The notes beneath the pieces were generated by a model, which did no database searches, had not been told where the DNA came from, and saw nothing but the letters and a program-made list of their open reading frames with translations. Positions 56,876-64,000 of a DNA stretch of 64,000 nt are shown here, piece by piece. Source of the DNA: an uncultured Neomegalonema sp. (GTDB taxonomy: Bacteria > Pseudomonadota > Alphaproteobacteria > Rhodobacterales > Rhodobacteraceae). Position 1 is the first letter of the stretch. Each line of letters opens with the position of its first letter. The translations under genes were made by a program, and so were the position numbers. Location of the stretch: positions 3,516 through 67,515 of the forward strand of contig CALFVD010000055.1 in assembly GCA_937928005.1 (NCBI GenBank). The letters are read 5' to 3'.

Positions 56876-57477
56876 GAAAGATCGTCGCTATTCTACGAGG
56901 TATCACTCCCGGCGAGGCAGAAGATGTTGCCAAAGCACTAATCGATGCAGGCATCGGCATGATCGAGGTGCCGCTTAACTCGCCGGAACCGTTCGACAGC
57001 ATCATGCGTATTGCGGCTCGTTTCGGTGGTGCGGCATTGATCGGAGCGGGCACCGTGCTGCGGGTTGAGGAGGTTGCGCGTGTGGCGGAGGTGGGCGGGC
57101 GGCTGATCGTCTCGCCGAACTGCGATAGGGGCGTGATCGCGGCGACAAAGACGGCGGGCATGACCTCTTTTCCCGGCGTTATGACGCCAACGGAGGTTTT
57201 TGCGGCGCTTCATGCGGGGGCGGATGGGCTGAAGCTGTTCCCCGGCTCGCTGATCGGAACCGAAGGGTTGAAGGCGATGTGCGCCGTTCTGCCTTCAAAT
57301 GCGCAGGTCTATGCGGTGGGGGGTGCGAACGCAGCCAATCTAGCCGAATGGCGCGCGGCGGGGGCGGATGGGTTCGGCATCGGTTCGGCGCTCTATGCTC
57401 CCGGCATGGATGCCGTCACTGTGGGTGAACGCGCACAGGCGCTGGTCGCGGCCTATGATGGCTCGTTGGCGGGGTAG
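56872..57477 (+). CDS. dgoA: 2-Dehydro-3-deoxy-6-phosphogalactonate aldolase
   Basis: KDPG/KDPGal aldolase fold: IVAILRGI, IEVPLNSP and LKLFPG (Schiff-base Lys region). Confidence 0.85.
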   Translation: MRKIVAILRGITPGEAEDVAKALIDAGIGMIEVPLNSPEPFDSIMRIAARFGGAALIGAGTVLRVEEVARVAEVGGRLIVSPNCDRGVIAATKTAGMTSFPGVMTPTEVFAALHAGADGLKLFPGSLIGTEGLKAMCAVLPSNAQVYAVGGANAANLAEWRAAGADGFGIGSALYAPGMDAVTVGERAQALVAAYDGSLAG

Positions 57478-57537
57478 CCGATATTATCGTTGTGCAGCCG
57501 CCCCTTATCTGCACCTTTACAGCCTACACCATGCATC

Positions 57538-57633
57538 CTATAGCCATTTGCGATAAACCTGAGCCACATTTCACGCCAAGAGCCGCGCGAAATATGGCGC
57601 TTGATGATTCAGGATAATCGCAATTCGCTTTAA
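57538..57633 (+). repeat. 95-bp imperfect palindromic element, copy 4
   Basis: Differs from copy 1 by one substitution in the body plus the last few bases. Lies 60 nt after dgoA, at the junction with the AT-rich adhesin island. Confidence 0.9.
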
Positions 57634-57874
57634 CGCCAAATGGCATGATGGAGCGGGGCAAAGCGTGGCGTGAACAAGCATCCCTTTACTATGGATGCTC
57701 CAACAAGCTATATGATCGGCCAAGTTAGCGTCATTACGGTGAAAAAGCGTTACTGTATATGTAGCTTTTGTGCGAATATACTGGCTAAGTCGAATATTTA
57801 TTCATGCTAGTTGATTTATTGATGTATATAAACCTATTTGTTAGCAATACGTAGACGAATATTTCTTTTCGCGC

Positions 57875-57889
57875 TTAAGCCTTCATTAA
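57875..57889. promoter_or_regulatory. TTAA-N7-TTAA (CtrA-box-like) within the palindrome CGCTTAA-N7-TTAAGCG
   Basis: Exact TTAAGCCTTCATTAA, 207 nt upstream of the giant gene's ATG, in an AT-rich region. Confidence 0.3.
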
Positions 57890-58095
57890 GCGATTCCGCA
57901 TCAAAACACTCGATAGAGCCGATCCGCCACCCTGAACATGCGTTACCGAAATATCGGTCAGGCGCACTACGGGGTGCGACAGTCGAGCCTGTGGCGCAGC
58001 GTTATGGCTGTGGATGATTTTTGAAAGGCCAGACGCATGCAGAACGCAGTTATTCCAGTATTGTATTGCTTCCGGTTCGGCGTGGGAGACTCCCT

Positions 58096-61000
58096 ATGAT
58101 CCGTAATATACGAATGAATATGCGTTACCCCTTGCTCGCGTTGCTGGCCGTCGCTGCGTCATGGACTGCTTTGACCGGTGAAAAAGCCCAAGCACAAAGC
58201 ACTCTGCCAACATTCAGTTGTACCTCTGATTTCTATGAAATCATTGAGGGTGATTTGCATGTTTTGAATATTTCCACTGGTGTCTATGATCCCATTGGAC
58301 CTGATCATCCGAAGTATAACGGTGCGGGATATAATGTTAATGACGATTACATTTATCTTGTCGACCACGATCGTGCATCATCAACGCGCTTTCACTTGAT
58401 AAGGATGGGGTCAAACGGTCAAGTCGAAGATCTTGGGAATGTAGGCGTTTCGGCAAATGCCGGTGATATGGATCTTGATAACAAACTCTATTTGAAAGAC
58501 GGTAATTCTAGTCTGAGTGTTGTGAACGTTCTCAATAGTACGACGACCACGCTGAATTTTTCTGGCTCAACGGGCGCTTCTCTATGGGACATCGCTTACA
58601 TTGATACGGGTGTATCCAAGGCGATGGTAGGCGCACGTGAGGGGAGCGTACGATACTATAACCTAACAACTGGAGTCGCCGGAAGCATCCCAGTACCAGG
58701 CTTGCCCGCAGGCAGCAACTATGGCGCGGTTTGGTCGACATCGAATGGCAATCTTTTCATCTCAGAGAACGGCTCTGGTACGATTACAGAAATCTCAGAC
58801 CCACTCGGTTCCCCCGCAATCGTTGGGACATTCAGCGCCGCCGATGCATCTAACCACGATGGCGCAAGCTGTTATCTTGCTTCTTCGCCACTATCACCAG
58901 CGCCTGATCGTTCCGATGCACCAAATTCAGGAACAGCGCCAAATGGTTCAGGAACGAATGCGTATGACGGTGCGGAGCATACAATCGTTTCCGGTATACG
59001 ACTCGGTGCTGCCATCGATGAAGATGGTGGACCGATTGCCAATCCAGACGCGACAGGTGATGGTGGGGATGACGATGGAATCTCCGCGTTCCCGACGCTG
59101 ACCGAAGGCGATACCAGCTATACTATTGCCCCAACAGATTTCAATGCAGGGGCTGGCGACGGTACACTCTACGCTTGGATCGATTTTGATGGTGATGGAG
59201 CGTTCGAGACGACTGAGTTCGCCTCGGCGACCGTTACTGGCGGAGCGGTGCAAGGCGCGTTGAACTTCTCTGGTTTTGGCGCGACCATGAATGCAGGCAC
59301 GACCTTCGCCCGTTTCCGCCTAACCAACGATACCCTTACCAGTGCTAATTTCGCCACAAGCGCAAGCGATGGTGAGGTGGAAGATTATACGGTGACAATT
59401 GCCGCTGCGCCAACCGGGCCTTCTCTGCCACCTTTCACATGTTCTGCGGATTTCTATGAAATTATTGGGGGTGATTTACATATCTTAGATATTGCAACTG
59501 GAAATTACAATCCAATTGGCCCCGATCATCAGCAATTGAGTGCTTCTGGGTATAATGTGAATGATAACTACATTTATTTGATCGACGATGATGCATCTTC
59601 TGCAACACAGTTTAATTTGTTTCGGATGGGTTCCAATGGCCAAATTGAAGATCTTGGCAATGTGGGTGTTGCGTCAAATGCTGGCGATATGGATCTCGAT
59701 AACAATTTCTATATGAAAAACAGTAATTCCAGTTTGCATGTCGTGGATGTTCTCACAAACGCGACAACTACGTTGAATTTTTCTGGAACAACTGGCGGTA
59801 ATGTTGCCGATTTTGCTTACATCGAGAGCGGCACGTCAAAAGCAATGATCGGTGTGCACAATGGGAGTGTTAGATACTATAATCTAACAACCGGAGTTGC
59901 TGGAAGCACTGTAGTACCTGGTTTGACAACCACCGGCAAATATGGTGCCGCCTGGTCAACGTCGAATGGTAATCTTTTCGTGTCGGAAAACGGGACCGGG
60001 ACGATTACGGAAATTTCAGACCCACTCGGTACCCCGGCAATTGTTAATACGTTTAGTGCTGCCAACACGTCTGACCACGATGGCGCAAGCTGCTACTATG
60101 CGTCTTCGCCATTGCCACCAGCGCCTGACCGCTCTGATGCACCAATTGTAGGGACAGCGCCTGATGGGGTAGGAACAAATGCGTATGGCAATGCGGAGCA
60201 TACAGTTGTTGCCGGTATCCGCCTCGGTGCCGCCATTGATGAGGATGGTGGACCGATTACCAATTCGGATGCATCAGGTGATGCTGGGGATGACGATGGG
60301 ATATCCGCCTTCCCAACGCTGACCGAAGGCGTCACTAGCTATACTATTACCCCAACAGATTTCAACGCGGGGGCTGGTGGCGATACGCTCTACGCGTGGA
60401 TCGATTTCGACGGCGACGGGGTGTTTGAGGCCAGTGAATTCGCATCTTCACCCGCTACGAATGGTGTGCCCACGGGCAATCTGAATTTCTCTGGCTTTGG
60501 CACCACCATGAACGCAGGAACGACCTTTGCTCGTTTTCGTTTGACCACCGACACTCTCTCCTCTGCCGATGCAGCGACCGCAGCGAGCGATGGTGAAGTA
60601 GAAGATTATGCAGTGACAGTGGCGGCCAGCTCCAGCCTGCCGCCGATGGGTCCGCTGCAAGTTTGTCCCGTTCAAGACGGCGCGGAAATCCTGTTCCGTT
60701 CAGGCAATTCTTGGGACGATGGCGCCCCGCCCCCTTACGCAGTATGGACGTTCAACGACACGCCCGGCGTGCAGAACAACACGGGCGGTACTATCGCGAG
60801 CCTAGGCACCTTCACCGCAGGCCCCGGCCTGAGCGCGCCACAAGTCGGCTCCGCACGCAACGTGACCAACGTATCGGCCACCACGCTCGCCGAATCCTTC
60901 GCATTGGATGAATACGTTCAACACCCCTTTACGACCGGTTCGACTGAGGGGCTGATCATTGATCAGATTCAGTTCCGCGATCTGACGGAACCCAGTACAC

Positions 61001-63756
61001 GCTTCCCCTCCGATTTTGCACTGATGATTTCCGACGATCCGAATTTCGGCCATGCCTCGGTGATGCTTCAGGATGCCTATTACGGAGATAATGGAAGTCC
61101 GGTCCGCACGAAATACCCGCTGGTCAATCGCGTGGTGATGGAGGCGAATAAGCAGTATTATCTTCGGTTTTACTTCTACAACATGGCGGCGTCGGCGGGC
61201 CTGTTCTACGATGACCTAACCTTCTACACTCACCAATGTACCGATTATGGCGATGCTCCAACTATCTATGGCGACGCGATCCATGTGCCCAAGGCGGGGA
61301 TGTATCTGGGTGCGGGCTTGCCTGATCTTGATCTGATTTCGTTGCAGGGCGGCGATGCGGGTGCAAGTGCGTCGGGTGATGGCGCAGATGAGGACGGGGT
61401 TTCGTCGTTCCCAACGCTGACGGAGGGCGATACTATCTATACCTTGCCTGCGGCGAATATCTCAGCGACAGGTACAGGCACGCTGCACGCTTGGATCGAT
61501 TTCAACGGCGATGATGTCTTCCAGAGCACCGAGCATACCTCCACGACCGTTTCGGGTGGCACACTGACGGGCGATCTGGACTGGACGGGCCAATCAACGA
61601 CCGCCACGGGCACGACCTATGCACGATTGAGATTCACCGATGACCTGACCGTCACCAATGCGACGGCGTTCTCCTTTGCCGATAGTGGCGAGGCAGAAGA
61701 TTATGCGGTGACGATAACGACCTTCGATTACTCCGACGCACCATTGACAGGGACGACCTATGGCGGCGCATCGCACCGTATCGTCAGCGGTATCAGCCTT
61801 GGCGGGACGGTAACAAACGAGTTGAGTGCCTATGATAGTCCAAACGCAGATGGCGATGTGGATAACGGCGTTACAATCCCCACGTTGACCCAAGGGACAA
61901 GCGCAACGATCACTGCGACGGTGCAGGGCGCTAGTGGTTATCTTCAGGCGTGGATCGACTGGAACGGCAATGGCAGTTTCAACGATACCGTTGATGGCAT
62001 CAGTGAGCAGATCGTGATCGATCTTCAAGATGGTGACTTATTGGATATTAACGCCAATGCGGGGACAATTTCGTTCACCGTAAATGTCCCTGCATCGGCA
62101 ACTATAGCCCAGACCTTCTCCCGCTTCCGCTGGTCCACCGAGAGCGACCTCGACAGCGTTTCTGCCGCCTCTGATGGTGAGGTTGAGGATTATGCGTTCA
62201 CGATCCAGCCGGGCTTTGATTATTCGGATGCCCCGGCAAGTTATGGCAGTGCATCTCATGCGCTCGTCACTGGTCCGACGCGCATCGGCTTGATCAATAC
62301 GAACGAGGCCACGGATTACGACGATGCCAATGCATCCGCCGATGCCGGTGATGATGGCGTCACAATCCCGGTGCTGATACTGGGTGGTGCAGATACGATC
62401 TCAGTCGATGTAGCGGGTTCGGGCTTCCTTCAGGCTTGGATCGACTGGGACGGCTCCGGTACATTCGATAGTCCGACCGAGCAAATCGCGACCGATATAC
62501 AGGATTTTGGAACAGGAACTATCCTGATCCCGGTCACTGTTCCCAATGACGCAGTCATTGGCCAAACCTTCGCTCGCTTCCGCTGGTCGACTGATTTCAA
62601 CATTGGCGCAAATGGCCTTGCGCCGGATGGTGAGGTTGAGGATTACGCGGTGACAATCGAGATGGGCAATACCGTGCTCTCAGGTCAGGTTTTCCTTGAT
62701 AACGGTATCGGCAGCGGTGTGGCGCATGATGCGCTGGTCAATGGCACCGAACAGGGTGGAACTTTCGGCAGTATTGCGATCTTCTCGACCGCAACGAATA
62801 CCCAGATTGCAACCGCGACGATTGATGCTGTGGGCAACTGGAATGCGGCGCTACCAGACGGATTTACGGGTGAGGTGCGCCTTGAGGCGATGGCTGATCC
62901 CGGCTATCGGATCATTTCGGAGAATGTGGACAGCCTGCCCGCGCCAACGAACCCAAGCACGGTGGATGGAACCTATACCTTCACCCCTGCAACGGGTACG
63001 AGCTATTCGGGCCTGAATATTGGTCTGATTGCCGAGCCTACGCTCACCCAAAACCAGTCCGTCACGGCCTTGCCGGGGCAGGTTGTCGATCTTGCGCATG
63101 TCTATACCGCGACGACGAGCGGGACGGTCAGCTTTGCTCTGACCGACAGTGTAAGTGTCCCGGCGGGGGCGTTCAGTACAACGATCTTTGATGACACTGA
63201 CTGTGATGGCGTTCCCGATCAGGTGTTGGATACCAGCAAAGTTGTAAATGCGGGTGATCAGATATGTGTGGTCCTGCGTACGCAGGCGGGCCTTGGCAAT
63301 GGATCGAGCGCGACGCATAGTTATGCACTGAATGCGACCACGCAATATTCGACGACTACAGCCAGCGGCACCCTGATTAACTATGACTCGATCAATGGCG
63401 GGGATGGTGATGATGTGCTGCTGGAGAAGCTGGTCACGAATATCACCAAATCGACGCCGGAAGGTGTGTCGAACTCGGCGGATATCGGCGATGTGCTGCG
63501 CTATCGGATTATCGTCACTAATCCGAGTACGGGGCCAGCGACGAATATCGCCATCTATGACCAGACCCCTGCCTATACTTCGCTTGAAGCGCCCATACCG
63601 ACCCCGGTGACTGTTGCAGCTGGGGTAACATGTGCCCTTACTGAACCGAGCGGTAACGTAAGTGGATATTCGGGACCGTTACAGTGGGATTGTGCCGGTG
63701 CATTCCCGCCCGGCGGATCAGGCTCAGTGACCTTTGAAGTGCGCATCGCACAGTAA
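58096..63756 (+). CDS. Giant secreted adhesin-like protein with five GEVED domains and C-terminal SdrD-B/DUF11-like repeats
   Basis: ATG at 58096 with a GGGAG RBS. Signal peptide MIRNIRMNMRYPLLALLAVAASWTALTGEKAQA. Five xGE[VA]EDY[AT][VF]T[IV] motifs, each preceded by AWIDF[DN]GDG and [AS]RFR[LW][ST] blocks. Tail has LVTNITKSTPEGVSNSADIGDVLRYRIIVTN (DUF11-type). About 1,886 aa. Confidence 0.85.
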   Translation: MIRNIRMNMRYPLLALLAVAASWTALTGEKAQAQSTLPTFSCTSDFYEIIEGDLHVLNISTGVYDPIGPDHPKYNGAGYNVNDDYIYLVDHDRASSTRFHLIRMGSNGQVEDLGNVGVSANAGDMDLDNKLYLKDGNSSLSVVNVLNSTTTTLNFSGSTGASLWDIAYIDTGVSKAMVGAREGSVRYYNLTTGVAGSIPVPGLPAGSNYGAVWSTSNGNLFISENGSGTITEISDPLGSPAIVGTFSAADASNHDGASCYLASSPLSPAPDRSDAPNSGTAPNGSGTNAYDGAEHTIVSGIRLGAAIDEDGGPIANPDATGDGGDDDGISAFPTLTEGDTSYTIAPTDFNAGAGDGTLYAWIDFDGDGAFETTEFASATVTGGAVQGALNFSGFGATMNAGTTFARFRLTNDTLTSANFATSASDGEVEDYTVTIAAAPTGPSLPPFTCSADFYEIIGGDLHILDIATGNYNPIGPDHQQLSASGYNVNDNYIYLIDDDASSATQFNLFRMGSNGQIEDLGNVGVASNAGDMDLDNNFYMKNSNSSLHVVDVLTNATTTLNFSGTTGGNVADFAYIESGTSKAMIGVHNGSVRYYNLTTGVAGSTVVPGLTTTGKYGAAWSTSNGNLFVSENGTGTITEISDPLGTPAIVNTFSAANTSDHDGASCYYASSPLPPAPDRSDAPIVGTAPDGVGTNAYGNAEHTVVAGIRLGAAIDEDGGPITNSDASGDAGDDDGISAFPTLTEGVTSYTITPTDFNAGAGGDTLYAWIDFDGDGVFEASEFASSPATNGVPTGNLNFSGFGTTMNAGTTFARFRLTTDTLSSADAATAASDGEVEDYAVTVAASSSLPPMGPLQVCPVQDGAEILFRSGNSWDDGAPPPYAVWTFNDTPGVQNNTGGTIASLGTFTAGPGLSAPQVGSARNVTNVSATTLAESFALDEYVQHPFTTGSTEGLIIDQIQFRDLTEPSTRFPSDFALMISDDPNFGHASVMLQDAYYGDNGSPVRTKYPLVNRVVMEANKQYYLRFYFYNMAASAGLFYDDLTFYTHQCTDYGDAPTIYGDAIHVPKAGMYLGAGLPDLDLISLQGGDAGASASGDGADEDGVSSFPTLTEGDTIYTLPAANISATGTGTLHAWIDFNGDDVFQSTEHTSTTVSGGTLTGDLDWTGQSTTATGTTYARLRFTDDLTVTNATAFSFADSGEAEDYAVTITTFDYSDAPLTGTTYGGASHRIVSGISLGGTVTNELSAYDSPNADGDVDNGVTIPTLTQGTSATITATVQGASGYLQAWIDWNGNGSFNDTVDGISEQIVIDLQDGDLLDINANAGTISFTVNVPASATIAQTFSRFRWSTESDLDSVSAASDGEVEDYAFTIQPGFDYSDAPASYGSASHALVTGPTRIGLINTNEATDYDDANASADAGDDGVTIPVLILGGADTISVDVAGSGFLQAWIDWDGSGTFDSPTEQIATDIQDFGTGTILIPVTVPNDAVIGQTFARFRWSTDFNIGANGLAPDGEVEDYAVTIEMGNTVLSGQVFLDNGIGSGVAHDALVNGTEQGGTFGSIAIFSTATNTQIATATIDAVGNWNAALPDGFTGEVRLEAMADPGYRIISENVDSLPAPTNPSTVDGTYTFTPATGTSYSGLNIGLIAEPTLTQNQSVTALPGQVVDLAHVYTATTSGTVSFALTDSVSVPAGAFSTTIFDDTDCDGVPDQVLDTSKVVNAGDQICVVLRTQAGLGNGSSATHSYALNATTQYSTTTASGTLINYDSINGGDGDDVLLEKLVTNITKSTPEGVSNSADIGDVLRYRIIVTNPSTGPATNIAIYDQTPAYTSLEAPIPTPVTVAAGVTCALTEPSGNVSGYSGPLQWDCAGAFPPGGSGSVTFEVRIAQ
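58204..59424 (+). repeat. Intragenic tandem duplication, unit 1 (about 407 codons)
   Basis: LPTFSCTSDFYEIIEGDLHVL...SDGEVEDYTVTIAAAPTGPS. Colinear with unit 2 along its whole length at protein and DNA level. Confidence 0.8.
59425..60640 (+). repeat. Intragenic tandem duplication, unit 2
   Basis: LPPFTCSADFYEIIGGDLHIL...SDGEVEDYAVTVAASSS. Most positions are identical to unit 1. Confidence 0.8.
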
Positions 63757-63764
63757 CAATCGGT

Positions 63765-63798
63765 GGGGGCGCATGTGAAATGCGCCCCCGCTTTTTTT
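63765..63798. terminator. Strong bidirectional rho-independent terminator
   Basis: GGGGGCGCAT-GTGAA-ATGCGCCCCC followed by GCTTTTTTT. Shared by the giant gene and the convergent minus-strand gene. Confidence 0.8.
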
Positions 63799-64000
63799 AT
63801 GCCGCTGGCTCTGTCAGCAGCTTGCGTGTGCCTTCCCATATTTCCGCGACGATCTGCTCTGCCCCTTCCGCGCGGGCCAGCGCCGCCGACTGCCCCGCCC
63901 ACATCTGCATACCATCCGGGTTGCCCGCCGCGCGCATCGGTGCGGTCAGGGTGCGTTGTAGGGGATAGGGGGCCGGTTGCGGCGCATCCGGGTTCGCCGC
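63797..64000 (-). CDS. C-terminal fragment of a nitronate monooxygenase/NAD(P)H-flavin oxidoreductase-like protein (runs off the window end)
   Basis: The reverse frame reads ...PYPLQRTLTAPMRAAGNPDGMQMWAGQSAALARAEGAEQIVAEIWEGTRKLLTEPAA-stop. The MWAGQSAAL block resembles the NMO C-terminus. Not in the ORF track (no start in the window). Confidence 0.5.
   Translation of the reverse strand, partial: AANPDAPQPAPYPLQRTLTAPMRAAGNPDGMQMWAGQSAALARAEGAEQIVAEIWEGTRKLLTEPAA

Noticed and set aside
25286-57633. Could the four 95-bp repeats be a CRISPR array or integron attC sites?
   Set aside because: Spacing is irregular (1.1, 2.8 and 28 kb), and no cas genes or leader are present, so it is not CRISPR. 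For attC, no intI integrase is present, and the element ends (CTATAGCC... / ...GCTTTAAC or GCTATAA) do not fit the conserved RYYYAAC / GTTRRRY core sites consistently.
1-64000. tRNA, rRNA, tmRNA, RNase P and common riboswitches (cobalamin, SAM-II, glycine, TPP) in intergenic regions
   Set aside because: While reading the spacers I found no T-loop GGTTCGAAT-like motifs and no conserved riboswitch cores. This was a visual scan only, so a covariance-model search (Infernal/Rfam, tRNAscan-SE) is needed to be sure.

Overview
GC-rich chromosomal segment with alphaproteobacterial (Rhodobacterales-like) gene content and synteny. About 60 protein genes are supportable, mostly core housekeeping: ychF, def-fmt, dapE, pcs, map-radC, recR, ybaB-dnaX, sppA-ihfB-lapA-trpF, proC, dinB, ugpBAEC and dgoKA. 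I found no rRNA, tRNA or CRISPR array. Several visibly AT-richer or accessory patches interrupt this core. (1) A 4-copy family of about 95-bp imperfect palindromic elements sits at the 3' ends of plus-strand genes. Two copies bracket a 1.1-kb low-GC islet with a Cro-like HTH gene, an acidic orphan ORF, hydrophobic mini-ORFs and a structured AT-rich control region. A fourth copy marks the border of a 6-kb island. (2) That island encodes a roughly 1,886-aa secreted multi-GEVED-domain adhesin-like protein with an internal 1.2-kb tandem duplication and a TTAA-N7-TTAA box upstream. (3) A full-length T4 Rnl1-type RNA ligase homolog is preceded by a structured leader that ends in an orphan terminator. 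(4) A hicAB toxin-antitoxin pair. (5) An IS66/IS4 remnant patch lies beside a truncated TRAP permease fragment. (6) A low-GC orphan membrane protein is flanked by 9-bp direct repeats. (7) A GTTGC-N3-GCAAC palindrome is shared by the phasin promoter (two copies) and the DUF1127 gene, with a degenerate copy upstream of map. (8) The dnaX-ybaB and recR genes are split by an opposite-strand aminotransferase plus divergent SHMT-fold gene pair. All functional calls rest on motifs read from the translations. Nothing was searched against a database.
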